Source of the DNA: Candidatus Thorarchaeota archaeon
GTDB lineage: Archaea > Asgardarchaeota > Thorarchaeia > Thorarchaeales > Thorarchaeaceae
Reading direction: 5' to 3'
NCBI GenBank assembly: GCA_003345545.1
Contig: PRDH01000081.1
Coordinates: forward strand, 1 to 64,000
DNA: 64,000 bases
Numbering within the stretch: position 1 is the stretch's first letter; each line of letters begins with the position of its first letter. Positions 1-10,052 of this stretch are shown here, piece after piece. Both the position numbers and the translations under genes were made by a program. The notes under the pieces were generated by a model, which saw only the letters and a list, made by a program, of their open reading frames with translations, searched no databases and was not told the DNA's origin.

Positions 1-539
1 CGGTTGGAACAGTGAGATGGGGGATTCAAGTCCGTGCTGGGAAGATTGACCTAGGACTTGACGAGCTCATTGACTCTCCTATCATGGTGAGCGAACGTGA
101 TCCGACCCTGTTCAGGGTTGAAACGACTACTCCCACAGTGTCTCTGGCCGTCATAAGCAGGTCTGATGCTCCCGTCTATTGGGGATATGTAGCCAGTCGA
201 ACTGGAAGCCTGCTTGAGCTACTTAAGGACTCCAGCGATACGACACGAATCGGCTTCTCGAGAAAGGCACCCCCCTTCCAGAGACTGGAGAAAGATCTGA
301 AGTCCACAGTATCCAATACGGGCTCAGTCCTTGCTGTATTTGGAAGCCCAGACAGAGGTATCCTTGAGCTCTGTGACTCAGAGAGAGAGGAAGTCAAACA
401 CCATATTGACTTCTGGGCAAATACGATAGATGATCAAGGGTCCGAAACTGTCCGTCTGGAAGAGGCCCTTACAGTCAGCCTAGGTCTCTTGAACAACACA
501 GTAGGAAAGGTGATTGCACGACCTGGCTTCTATGGGTAA
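1..539 (+). CDS. SPOUT-family RNA methyltransferase (MTH1/SPOUT1-like), 5' truncated by window edge
   Basis: Motifs PVYWGY, VFGSPDRG and NTIDDQGSETVRLEEA; this family normally lies just upstream of rpl3 in archaea. Confidence 0.85.
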   Translation, partial: VGTVRWGIQVRAGKIDLGLDELIDSPIMVSERDPTLFRVETTTPTVSLAVISRSDAPVYWGYVASRTGSLLELLKDSSDTTRIGFSRKAPPFQRLEKDLKSTVSNTGSVLAVFGSPDRGILELCDSEREEVKHHIDFWANTIDDQGSETVRLEEALTVSLGLLNNTVGKVIARPGFYG

Positions 540-628
540 TCTGTTCTCATACGCGACCTTTTTAGATGAATAGGGAAGCATCTATCAACTCGATGCGCAT
601 CGAAGAAGATTAGCCGAGGCTTCCCACA

Positions 629-2995
629 ATGCAGACTGAACGTGTCCAACGACTACGAGAACAGAGTGTGAGCACAAAGCCCTATATCTGCACAGAACGT
701 GCTGAACTCCTAACCGACTTCTATCAGAGTGGCGGAGCAGACACGGTTTCCACTCCAGTTGCGAGGGCACTGGCCTTCAAGCACATCCTCGAGAACAAGA
801 CAATCATCATCAATGATGGGGAGTTGATAGTAGGCGAACGCGGTTCAGCCCCACGAGCCACCCCCACTTATCCTGAGTTGTGTTGTCATTCAGTCAATGA
901 CCTTGAGATAGCCAGCTCACGAGAGCGAACCCCCTTTCTGGTTACCAACGAGGCTCTCAGTACATATCGTGATGAGATTATTCCGTTCTGGGCTGGCAGG
1001 ACAATGCGCGAACGTGTCTTTAGTGCAATGTCTGATGAGTGGATGAGCGCTTTTGAGGCCGGCGTTTTCACAGAGTTCATGGAACAGCGAGCTCCTGGCC
1101 ATGCAATTCTTGATGATAAGATCTATCGGCGAGGGCTCTTTGAATTCATTGACGACATCAAGCAAGCTCTGTTGAGGCTGGACTATTATAGTGACCCCGA
1201 AGCGTATGCGAAAGAACAAGAACTCAAGGCCATGCAGATTGCCGCAGAGGCAGTAGTATTCTTCGCACAGCGACACGCAGAGAAGGCAAGGGAACTTGTG
1301 GAGTCTGAAACCGATCCTGTCCGCAGAAACGAACTGGTACGGATTGCAGAGATCTGTACCCGCGTTCCCGGAAACGCGCCTCGTACCTTCTGGGAGGCGC
1401 TACAGGCATACTGGTTTGTCCACCTGGGGGTAATCATCGAGCTGAACGTCTGGGACAGTTTCAATCCTGGACGTCTGGATGTGAATCTCAATCCATTCTA
1501 TCTGAAAGGCATCAGTGATGGAACACTCACTAGGGAGTCTGCAAAAGAGCTCTTGCAGTGCTTCTGGGTCAAGTTCAATAACCACCCCGCTCCTCCCAAG
1601 GTGGAGATCACTGAACAGCAGAGCGGCACATACCAGGACTTCGCTCTCATAAACACTGGAGGCCTGAAGCCAGATGGCACGGATGCTGTCAACGAGGTTT
1701 CCTATCTCATCCTTGAGGTCTGTAATGAGATGCGGCTCATACAACCAAGCATCTGCATCCAGATGAGCACGAAGAATCCCGATCGTTTCCTGATGTCTGC
1801 TGTCGATGTTGTGAAGGAAGGTTTCGGTCAGCCCTCCATGTTCAATACTGATATGATCATCAAGGAGTTGCTGCGCGCAGGAAAGTCCATTGAAGATGCT
1901 AGGGCAGGAGGCCCGAGTGGTTGTGTCGAGATTAGTGCCTTTGGGAAAGAGAGCTGTATCTTGACGGGCTACTGCAACTGGCCAAAGATACTCGAGATTA
2001 CACTGCACAACGGCATAGATCCTCGCACAGGCAAACAGGTAGGGATTCAGACTGGACGTGCCACTGATTTCAAATCATTTGAGGAGTTGTTCTCTGCGTA
2101 CAAGAAGCAGCTTCGATACTTCATCGATACCAAGATCAAAGGCAACAACATCATTGAACGGCTGTACGCAGAGCATATGCCTGCCCCCTTCATGTCTCTA
2201 TTAATCAACGACTGCATTGCAAAGGGTAAGGATTACCATGATGGTGGTCCCCGCTACAACTCCACGTACATACAAGGTGTGGGAATGGGAACAGTCACCG
2301 ACTCACTCTCCGCAATCAAATACCACATCTTCTGTCAACAGAGCTATACCATGGCTGCATTACTTGAAGCGATGAAAACTGATTTCAGAACAGACGAAGT
2401 CATGAGAATGGCCCTACTGAACAAGACACCAAAGTACGGAAATGATGATGATTTTGCAGATGAGATAGCACGATCAGTGTTCGAGACGTATTTTGATTCG
2501 ATTGATGGTCGTCCAAATACAAAGGGTGGTGAACATCGCGTCAACCTTCTCCCGACCACAGTGCACATCTACTTTGGACAGATGACTGGCGCTACACCTG
2601 ATGGCAGAAAGGCTGGTAGTCCATTGTCTGATGGAATCTCCCCAAGTCATGGTGCTGACAAGAATGGACCTACAGCGGTGATCAAATCTGCTGCAAAGAT
2701 TGACCATTCCAAGACAGGAGGGACGCTCCTCAATCAGAAGTTCATGCCTGACATACTTGCAGGCCAGGAGGGAAGGCGAAAGCTTGCAGATCTTGTCCGT
2801 ACATACTTCAAACTAGGTGGTCATCATATCCAGTTCAATGTCATCAAGGCTGAAACCCTGCGAGATGCGCAAGCTCATCCTGAATCCTATCAGAACCTCA
2901 TCGTCAGAGTGGCTGGTTATTCGGATTACTTCGTCAACATAGGGAAGGACCTGCAAAACGAGATTCTCGCTAGAACCGAACAGAGTCATTTCTAG
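629..2995 (+). CDS. hypD: Glycyl radical enzyme, trans-4-hydroxy-L-proline dehydratase (HypD)-like
   Basis: C-terminal RVAGYS glycyl-radical loop; SGCVE Cys loop; TEFMEQRAPGH, WDSF, SGTYQDF, LTGY and LPTT match HypD active-site segments as I recall them. Confidence 0.8.
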   Translation: MQTERVQRLREQSVSTKPYICTERAELLTDFYQSGGADTVSTPVARALAFKHILENKTIIINDGELIVGERGSAPRATPTYPELCCHSVNDLEIASSRERTPFLVTNEALSTYRDEIIPFWAGRTMRERVFSAMSDEWMSAFEAGVFTEFMEQRAPGHAILDDKIYRRGLFEFIDDIKQALLRLDYYSDPEAYAKEQELKAMQIAAEAVVFFAQRHAEKARELVESETDPVRRNELVRIAEICTRVPGNAPRTFWEALQAYWFVHLGVIIELNVWDSFNPGRLDVNLNPFYLKGISDGTLTRESAKELLQCFWVKFNNHPAPPKVEITEQQSGTYQDFALINTGGLKPDGTDAVNEVSYLILEVCNEMRLIQPSICIQMSTKNPDRFLMSAVDVVKEGFGQPSMFNTDMIIKELLRAGKSIEDARAGGPSGCVEISAFGKESCILTGYCNWPKILEITLHNGIDPRTGKQVGIQTGRATDFKSFEELFSAYKKQLRYFIDTKIKGNNIIERLYAEHMPAPFMSLLINDCIAKGKDYHDGGPRYNSTYIQGVGMGTVTDSLSAIKYHIFCQQSYTMAALLEAMKTDFRTDEVMRMALLNKTPKYGNDDDFADEIARSVFETYFDSIDGRPNTKGGEHRVNLLPTTVHIYFGQMTGATPDGRKAGSPLSDGISPSHGADKNGPTAVIKSAAKIDHSKTGGTLLNQKFMPDILAGQEGRRKLADLVRTYFKLGGHHIQFNVIKAETLRDAQAHPESYQNLIVRVAGYSDYFVNIGKDLQNEILARTEQSHF

Positions 2996-3199
2996 TGCTT
3001 CTTCGTGCTCTTACTCTCCCTGCGTCATGTAAGATTGCCACACAATGAGGACACCCCCGTTCCTAGGCCGGATATGCACGTACTGCAAATGGTCTTGAGA
3101 ACAACGTTAAAAAGGATATCAAAACGCGGTCTTAGCCTGTAGTACGAATAGCCCTAGTTGATTGGCCATTCGATACGGATACTAAAAGTGGTGTTTGAG

Positions 3200-4210
3200 T
3201 TGGCGCACAGAAAAAAGGAAGCACCGAGACGTGGCAGTCTAGCATACTTGCCACGAGGTAGGGCCTCTAAATTTGTGCCCCGTATCAAGAATTGGCCTGA
3301 GTATAAGGACTCGGCTGCAAAACTACTCGGCTTCATCGGTTACAAGGCAGGCATGACTCACGCCGTTGTGACAATAAACAATCCTGAGAGTCCATTCAAT
3401 GGACAGGAAACCGTCGTCCCAGTCACAGTGATCGACGCCCCACCGATTAGGCCGTTCTCAGTTCGCGGTTATGAAGCGACTCCCTATGGCTTGAGGCTTG
3501 TATCAGAAGTTCTTGCCAGCAGTTTGTCGGAAGATCTTCGAAAGACATTGCCGCTGCCAAAAGAGTACAGCCATGAAACCAAGATGAATGAGTTCGAGTC
3601 AAAGCTCGACTCGTTTACCGAAATCCGGATGCTTGTACATACTCAGCCAAGACTTGCGGGACTATCGAAGAAGAAGCCTGATGTAACGGAATATAAGGTA
3701 GGCACTGATGGTAATGTCAGAGCGGCCTTTGAGTATGCCAAGAGCATTCTTGGCACCGATGTCCGTGTGGCAGACATCCTTAACGAGGGAATTCTCATTG
3801 ATACGATTGCCGTGACCAAGGGTCATGGTTTTCAGGGCGTAGTCCGCCGTTGGGGTGTTGCAATTCTTCAGCACAAATCTAGAAAGACAAAGCGTGGAGT
3901 AGCCTGTATCGGTCCATGGACCCCATCCAGTATTAGATACACAGTACCTAGATCAGGTCAGACTGGTTTCCACACCCGTACAAGTTACAACAATGAGGTG
4001 CTGAAGATGGGTGAACGTGGCGAGGAAATCACACCCTCTGGTGGATTTGTGAACTACGGAGTGATTCGCGGCGACTACATAATGCTTCATGGATCAGTTC
4101 CTGGTACAATAAAGCGACCAGTGCGACTCAGACTTGCCATACGTCCAAAGATGGGCCAGAAAGAAGGCCCGATGCAGGTGAGTTACATCAGTACTTCATC
4201 GAAGCAGTAG
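3200..4210 (+). CDS. rpl3: 50S ribosomal protein uL3
   Basis: (M)AHRK..PRRGSLAYLPRGRA, GYKAGMTH, TKGHGFQG; TTG start at 3200 preferred over 3158. Confidence 0.97.
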   Translation: MAHRKKEAPRRGSLAYLPRGRASKFVPRIKNWPEYKDSAAKLLGFIGYKAGMTHAVVTINNPESPFNGQETVVPVTVIDAPPIRPFSVRGYEATPYGLRLVSEVLASSLSEDLRKTLPLPKEYSHETKMNEFESKLDSFTEIRMLVHTQPRLAGLSKKKPDVTEYKVGTDGNVRAAFEYAKSILGTDVRVADILNEGILIDTIAVTKGHGFQGVVRRWGVAILQHKSRKTKRGVACIGPWTPSSIRYTVPRSGQTGFHTRTSYNNEVLKMGERGEEITPSGGFVNYGVIRGDYIMLHGSVPGTIKRPVRLRLAIRPKMGQKEGPMQVSYISTSSKQ

Positions 4211-4223
4211 GAGGATGGCATCT

Positions 4224-5015
4224 ATGGCAAATGTAAAGACTTACACATTAACTGGAAAGGCCAGTAAGGAAACAATCGAACTACCGCCCCATTTTGATAC
4301 TCCCTATCGTCCGGATGTAATCAGGAGGGCAGTGTTGGCAGTTCAGTCACGTAGATTCCAACCACATGGTGTTGATGAACTCGCAGGCAAGCGCAACACT
4401 GCTCAGAGTTGGCAGACTGGTCACGCCAAGGCCAGAGTACCAAGAATCAAGGGCAGTGGAACAGGCGCAGCTAACAAAGCGGGCTTTGCTCCTAGTACCG
4501 TGGGTGGCAGAATGGCGCATCCTCCAGAGGCACGAAGAGTCCTTCTTGAGCGTGTGAATGTCAAAGAGAATCGACTGGCCATCCGCTCAGCAATTGCGGC
4601 TACTGCAAACCCGGAGTTCGTGAAGAAGAGAGGCCACAAGATAGACAGTGTACCTATAATCCCCCTCGTTGTGAGTAGCAAGCTTGAATCAGTTGCTACC
4701 ACAAAGGAAGCATATGATACACTTACGGCCTTGGGGCTTGGCGATGATCTTGAGAGAGCTAGCAACGGCCGTATCGTCAGAGCTGGCAAAGGAAAGATGC
4801 GAGGTCGTAAGATGAAGACCCCGAAATCGTTACTGATCGTCGTCGGTACCGACTCTGGAATTGGCGCAGCCGCGAGGAATCTTCCTGGAGTGGACATTAC
4901 TGAAGTCCAGGGTCTGAATGCAGAGCTCTTGGCTCCTGGAACACATGCCGGTCGCCTGGTGGTCTGGACAACTTCAGCCATTGACAGGCTTGGAAAGGAG
5001 AATCTATTCATCTGA
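4224..5015 (+). CDS. rpl4: 50S ribosomal protein uL4
   Basis: RPDVIRRAV, GGRMAHPP, RAGKGKMRGR, LAPGTHAGRL; GGAGG 9 nt upstream (alternative ATG 4215). Confidence 0.97.
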   Translation: MANVKTYTLTGKASKETIELPPHFDTPYRPDVIRRAVLAVQSRRFQPHGVDELAGKRNTAQSWQTGHAKARVPRIKGSGTGAANKAGFAPSTVGGRMAHPPEARRVLLERVNVKENRLAIRSAIAATANPEFVKKRGHKIDSVPIIPLVVSSKLESVATTKEAYDTLTALGLGDDLERASNGRIVRAGKGKMRGRKMKTPKSLLIVVGTDSGIGAAARNLPGVDITEVQGLNAELLAPGTHAGRLVVWTTSAIDRLGKENLFI

Positions 5016-5026
5016 GGTGAGCTATC

Positions 5027-5290
5027 ATGAGAGATCCAAATGAAGTGATTATCCGACCAGTTGTGACAGAGGCCAGTCTTGAGGCCGTTGATAGAGAGAA
5101 TAAGCTTGTATTCTATGTTGCTTTCAATGCCAACAAGAACACGATTCGGTGGGCAGTGGAATCCCTCTACGATGTTGTAGTGGCTAAAGTGAACACGCTC
5201 ATAATGCCTGATGGAAGAAAGAAGGCATTTGTGAGATTGGCACCAGAGTATAGTGCTGCAGAGGTTGCGACCAACCTCGGGATATTCTAA
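5027..5290 (+). CDS. rpl23: 50S ribosomal protein uL23
   Basis: IIRPVVTE, KVNTLI..G.KKAFVRL; operon position. Confidence 0.97.
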   Translation: MRDPNEVIIRPVVTEASLEAVDRENKLVFYVAFNANKNTIRWAVESLYDVVVAKVNTLIMPDGRKKAFVRLAPEYSAAEVATNLGIF

Positions 5291-5302
5291 GGGGGCTTAT
5301 GA

Positions 5303-6013
5303 ATGGGCAGACGTATACTTGTACAACGAAAAGGGAGAGGTACTACTCAGTGGAGGTCTCCGGGCCACAAGAAGATTGCACCGGCTCGACATCCCAAATG
5401 GGCACCCGGCAAGACCTATGTGGGAACAATTGTCAATCTCCACCACGAATCAGGTAGAGGAGCACCTCTTGCTATAGTGCGATACGGGGGCGAAACCAAG
5501 CTTCACTACATGGTAGCACCCGAAGGAGCGCAGGTTGGCCAGATACTAGAGTGTGGCGAGAATGCACATCTAGAGAATGGCAACACCATGATGCTTGAAT
5601 ACATCCCAGAAGGCACACCTGTCTATAACATAGAGGGCAGTCCTGGTGACGGTGGGAAGTATGTCAAGGCATCAGGCCTTACTGCGACGATTGTGTCAAT
5701 CGACAAGACAAGGGCAATGATCAGACTTCCAAGCGGCGCCCAGAAGGCATTCAGTCCGCGATGTCGAGCAACAATCGGTATCGTCGCTGGTGGTGGTCGG
5801 CCAGAAAAGCCATTCTTGAGAGCAGGTGCGGCCTGGCATTCTGTCAGCGGAACAGCACAAAAGTGGCCTGTGGTCCGAGGTACTGCGATGAATGCGTGCT
5901 CACATCCACACGGTGGTCATTCTCATAAACCAAAGACGACTAGTAGGAATGATCCTCCCGGTCGTAAGGTGGGTAGCATCGCAGCTCGAAGAACTGGTCT
6001 CAAGTCAAAGTAA
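5303..6013 (+). CDS. rpl2: 50S ribosomal protein uL2
   Basis: MGRRILVQRKGRG, WPVVRGTAMN..SHPHGG, PPGRKVG.IAARRTG. Confidence 0.97.
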   Translation: MGRRILVQRKGRGTTQWRSPGHKKIAPARHPKWAPGKTYVGTIVNLHHESGRGAPLAIVRYGGETKLHYMVAPEGAQVGQILECGENAHLENGNTMMLEYIPEGTPVYNIEGSPGDGGKYVKASGLTATIVSIDKTRAMIRLPSGAQKAFSPRCRATIGIVAGGGRPEKPFLRAGAAWHSVSGTAQKWPVVRGTAMNACSHPHGGHSHKPKTTSRNDPPGRKVGSIAARRTGLKSK

Positions 6014-6022
6014 GAATCCATT

Positions 6023-6058
6023 AGAGAAGAGGCTACTCTTCTCTTCTTCTCTTTTTTT
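6023..6058 (+). terminator. Hairpin plus T-tract terminator after rpl2
   Basis: AGAGAAGAG-GCTA-CTCTTCTCT followed by a pyrimidine run ending in T7. Confidence 0.6.
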
Positions 6059-6129
6059 AACTCAATCAGTACGTGAGTATTACACACAGCCATATGCCAC
6101 TTGTTCCTCAATTGCACAGAGGACTCGCG

Positions 6130-6315
6130 ATGCGGCTCATAGCAGTGCACTTGCCCGATAGGATTCTGGACGATATCCAACAACTGGTCAAAAATGGTCT
6201 CTACCCTAATCGGTCCGAGGCAATCAGAATTGCCATCCGTGACCTTCTGAAACGGGAGCTATGGGACCAAAGCATGCTTCCTAAGGAGCGAATCAGTGAG
6301 GTCGTGGGACAATGA
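6130..6315 (+). CDS. cdrS: Ribbon-helix-helix regulator CdrS
   Basis: MRLIAVHLP...GLYPNRSEAIRIAIRDLL; overlaps the ftsZ start (ATGA), as in the conserved archaeal cdrS-ftsZ2 pair. Confidence 0.85.
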   Translation: MRLIAVHLPDRILDDIQQLVKNGLYPNRSEAIRIAIRDLLKRELWDQSMLPKERISEVVGQ

Positions 6316-7568
6316 CATCTTTCATCGATTCTGCTCGCGAGAACAGCCATATCGAGCGAGGATCCTCTACCTCGCGTGATGTGGGCCAGGCCCGCATCGT
6401 TGTAGTGGGCTGTGGAGGCGCTGGAAACAACACCGTGAAGAGACTCATGACCATAGGAATTCAGGGTGCTGAGTGCATAGCAATCAACACAGATCGACAG
6501 CATTTGGCTGTTACAACAGCGCATAGGAAACTGCTGATTGGTGAGAGAATCACTCGGGGGCTTGGAGCCGGAGGTTATCCCCATGTTGGTCAAGCTGCGG
6601 CAGAGGAGTCTGCGGGGCAGCTGACAGAACTGCTTCGTGATGCTGACCTTGTCTTTATTGCGGCAGGCTTGGGTGGCGGTACAGGGACTGGCAGTGCTCC
6701 TGTTGTTGCAGAGATTGCGAAGAAAAACGATGCCATTGTCGTGGGCGTTGTGACAATGCCCTTCAGTCTCGAACGAACCCGAATCGATAAGGCCAAGGCT
6801 GGCCTTGCTCGCCTGCAGGAAAATGTCGATACAGCAGTAGTAATTGATAATCAGAAGCTCATGGAACTGGTTCCCGATCTCCCATTGGAGGAGGCATTTG
6901 GAGTTGCCGATGAAGTTCTTGCAAACATGGTCAAGGGCATTACTGAGACCATCACTATGCCGAGTCTCATCAATCTGGACTATGCTGATGTACGGTCAAT
7001 CATCTGCAACGGTGGAGTTGCTCTTGTGGGTCTTGGAGAGGCCACAGGACCTGAACGAGTTCACGAGGCAATCAAGAACGCACTCAACAGCCCATTGCTT
7101 GAAGTGGAGTGGGACGGCGCAACTGGTGCCTTGATTCACATCACTGGCGGTCCAGATATGAGCCTTGCAGAGGCCAACAAGGTAGGAGAGATCCTTTCCG
7201 AAAAGATGAGCCCGAATGCGAATGTCATCTGGGGGGCACGTGTTGACCCAAGACTGGGTGGTATACTACGTGTCATGCTCATACTCACTGGTGTGAAGAG
7301 TCCACAGCTACTTCCGCGTTCCAAGGAAGAATCTGGAATTTCAGTGGCAACAAAACGGCTGGCTGAGTATGGGGTTATTGGATCAAGAACAGAAACACTA
7401 GAATTATCTCAAGCACGAGCAAAAGTCTTTGGCAAGCTCCCAGAATCCACTCGTGGAAGCTGGGAAGATCGTCTAAAACCCCTAGAACGGACACTCTCTA
7501 GTCGAAAACAGAACGAATGGGCGAAGAAGAAGGAGCTCGAAGAGCTCGGTCTCCGCAAGCTTCTCTAG
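6312..7568 (+). CDS. ftsZ: Cell division protein FtsZ (FtsZ2 type by context)
   Basis: GCGGAGNN, GLGAGG, GGGTGTG tubulin signature, INLDYADV T7 loop. Confidence 0.97.
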   Translation: MTSFIDSARENSHIERGSSTSRDVGQARIVVVGCGGAGNNTVKRLMTIGIQGAECIAINTDRQHLAVTTAHRKLLIGERITRGLGAGGYPHVGQAAAEESAGQLTELLRDADLVFIAAGLGGGTGTGSAPVVAEIAKKNDAIVVGVVTMPFSLERTRIDKAKAGLARLQENVDTAVVIDNQKLMELVPDLPLEEAFGVADEVLANMVKGITETITMPSLINLDYADVRSIICNGGVALVGLGEATGPERVHEAIKNALNSPLLEVEWDGATGALIHITGGPDMSLAEANKVGEILSEKMSPNANVIWGARVDPRLGGILRVMLILTGVKSPQLLPRSKEESGISVATKRLAEYGVIGSRTETLELSQARAKVFGKLPESTRGSWEDRLKPLERTLSSRKQNEWAKKKELEELGLRKLL

Positions 7569-7683
7569 ACGAAGCTATCGTGGTGAAGCAATAGAGTTGG
7601 CCGTTTGATGCAGCAATGAACCTAGATTGACCTAGTCATGACTTGAGTTGTCTTCCGTGTCTGCCGATGTTTCTGATTACTGC

Positions 7684-8118
7684 TTATGCAAGACCATGTT
7701 CTTTCAGCCATTCATCCGCAATGGCTGCCACACGTTCGTACAGAGGCCCTGACCCATCTACACCCTCAGGTGTTATTCGTATCTTGTTCATCACTACGAT
7801 GACTCCAGTTTCAGGATAGAAGTTTACGCCTCCTGGTGGAAATGTCTTCTCTAGCTCCTTAGCAAGGCCCTCAAGACTAATCTCTTTCTGGGCTACTGAG
7901 AATGTACTGATACTACTACCATAGATGAAGATCTTCGGGATGTTTGCCCCGCCACCTGCGACAACAACATCTGATAGGATGATGCTCAGGGTTGCCTGAT
8001 CAATTCCCTTGAGAGTGCCTTGGTAGACCTTTCCTTCCTTTGTCGTGACTTCGACTGTTGCACCGACAACCGCTGCTAATTCACGGTTGAAGGTTCTCAT
8101 TGCTGCGACATCTGACAT
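7684..8118 (-). CDS. Sm/Lsm-like RNA-binding protein with C-terminal domain (SmAP3 type)
   Basis: Sm1 motif (VEV...GKVYQGTLKGID...SIILSD), Sm2 IFIYGSSI, plus about 65-aa C-terminal domain. Confidence 0.8.
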   Translation of the reverse strand: MSDVAAMRTFNRELAAVVGATVEVTTKEGKVYQGTLKGIDQATLSIILSDVVVAGGGANIPKIFIYGSSISTFSVAQKEISLEGLAKELEKTFPPGGVNFYPETGVIVVMNKIRITPEGVDGSGPLYERVAAIADEWLKEHGLA

Positions 8119-8338
8119 AAAGTTTCACCACTAAAGCAAATAGCTTTGGAGGTGAGGGCTGCCGGTTTCCTGTTTTAAAATTGCTGATAGAGTCTGAACT
8201 TGTCGAGCACCAAAAGAACACACTGATGCGACCAGTGACTTCTGCGCCACCGCCTCATTGTGTGAACTCAGTCTATCGGGGCTTAAATTGCTTGAACCAT
8301 CATGACAAATCAATTCATACAGGAGCAGTGGGCTTCCT

Positions 8339-9304
8339 ATGGTGACAAGACAGACCCAAGAACTGGCAGAATCAGCAACACGCAAGTCCTCTATCTGGGC
8401 TTCAATTCAGCTCATTAGACTTGGAGCAGTCATGCTATCTATTGCAGTGGTCTGGAGAATAGTTGATCAGTTTGTATTGAATCTTGGCAGCACTTGGATG
8501 AATATTCTCCCCTCAAAGCTGTTCCCGTTCCTAATCATTCTTCGTTTCTTCTGGAAATATCGTCCACGGGAACTTGCATCAGTCCTTGGTCTCTCGCGGG
8601 ATAGAATCCGGGCTCAACTTGCACTCGGGTTTCTAATTGGTGTAGTATTTGCAGTAGGCATTGATTTTGGGGGAACCATTGTATATGCACTGTTCTTCGA
8701 TGCGGCATACCCCCTTGAACTCCGTATCCTGAACCAAGGACTACTCGGGTATACTCTCATCTTCTTCCTAACGAACGCATTTCTTGAAGAAACCCTGTTC
8801 AGAGGTCTTCTCCTGAATGCCTTCAAGACTCGCCTTACAGCAAAGCTGTCAATCATGCTATCCGCCATCGTGTTCGGCATTTGGCATGCTGGCTGGCCTA
8901 TCATCAATGGCGGCTCTGATGTTCTTGGTCAAGTCGCTTCCATTGTATTCTTTACAACTATACTTGGAATACTCTTTGGTGTCTATTATGAGCGCTTCAG
9001 TTCTGCCCGCTCTCTTGTAGGACCAATAACCGTTCACACACTTGCCAACTTCTTCAGTGAGAGTTTCAAACTTGGTCCAGAACCGGTAATTCAAGGTCCA
9101 GATTTGGCCTTTTTGAATAGTGGACTGATGGCATCAACATTTCTAATGTTTCTAATAGTATTCATTCCACTAATCATATTCCTCTGGAAATACAAGATTG
9201 AACAGGTGACAGACATGTTGCAGAGAGTGATAGGTAGGAATGGCAGGGTGACAGCGGGGTATGATGATAGATCCCGCAATACTGACAAGAGGAACGAGGA
9301 ATAG
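8339..9304 (+). CDS. CPBP/CAAX (Abi) intramembrane glutamic protease
   Basis: EETLFRG, FGIWH and HTLAN motifs in a polytopic membrane protein. Confidence 0.88.
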   Translation: MVTRQTQELAESATRKSSIWASIQLIRLGAVMLSIAVVWRIVDQFVLNLGSTWMNILPSKLFPFLIILRFFWKYRPRELASVLGLSRDRIRAQLALGFLIGVVFAVGIDFGGTIVYALFFDAAYPLELRILNQGLLGYTLIFFLTNAFLEETLFRGLLLNAFKTRLTAKLSIMLSAIVFGIWHAGWPIINGGSDVLGQVASIVFFTTILGILFGVYYERFSSARSLVGPITVHTLANFFSESFKLGPEPVIQGPDLAFLNSGLMASTFLMFLIVFIPLIIFLWKYKIEQVTDMLQRVIGRNGRVTAGYDDRSRNTDKRNEE

Positions 9305-9307
9305 AAA

Positions 9308-9994
9308 ATGCAAGCAGGCACTGATTTGGTACTTATTTCGAGCATAGCAACAATCCTGGTTTCTGGGGTGATCAGTGTGTATCTGGGCCGGCAATGGTAT
9401 CGCCAGAAGGCCAGGCTCATCACTGATTTACCATTGGTCTTTGCAATCTCCTTTGTAAGCCAGACTCTCAACATGATGATACTGACACTTCCAAACGTTG
9501 GGCTCTTAGAACCATCTATGGCACTCTTTCGGCTTCGTTCCGTTGTGATCAGTGGTGCAACTGTGCCGGTTCTGGGCGCTCTTCTCCAAATATGGGCACC
9601 TTCTATTCAAAAATACCACAATCGACTTGTGTATCTCCTTCTCTTATACTGGGTTTCTGTTGCGCTCTTTGGGGCAACAGAGCAGTTCGTCATGATAATG
9701 ACGATTCCTGTGATACTAATCATCGGCGTCATGATGATGGCCACATTTGCCATAACTTGGAAGACGGGTCGTCTCAAAGAGGTACGAAGCGACCTCATGA
9801 TCATATCTGTCCTCTTCGGTATGATGAGCCAAGTCTTGCGAGTCCCCTTTATCTCCACTCCCTTCTTTTACATTCCTGATGTACTTCTGACTATCTCAAT
9901 GGTTGTAGGTGCACTGGCCCTAACCAATCCGTGGTACCATCGGGAGAGAAAGGTCAGAGTGGAAGAGTCCTCACAATTAACAACAGTCGTTTGA
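9308..9994 (+). CDS. Hypothetical membrane protein (about 7 TM)
   Basis: 228 aa with about 7 hydrophobic segments; starts 4 nt after the CPBP gene. Confidence 0.7.
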   Translation: MQAGTDLVLISSIATILVSGVISVYLGRQWYRQKARLITDLPLVFAISFVSQTLNMMILTLPNVGLLEPSMALFRLRSVVISGATVPVLGALLQIWAPSIQKYHNRLVYLLLLYWVSVALFGATEQFVMIMTIPVILIIGVMMMATFAITWKTGRLKEVRSDLMIISVLFGMMSQVLRVPFISTPFFYIPDVLLTISMVVGALALTNPWYHRERKVRVEESSQLTTVV

Positions 9995-10052
9995 AACCAA
10001 AGACAACCTGTATTCTTTACAAATAGAGGAAGTCCTGACTAGAAGGGCAGTC

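Noticed and set aside
7570-7683. C/D box sRNA between ftsZ and the Sm gene
   Set aside because: A CTGA is present but there is no proper RTGATGA box C or correct spacing.
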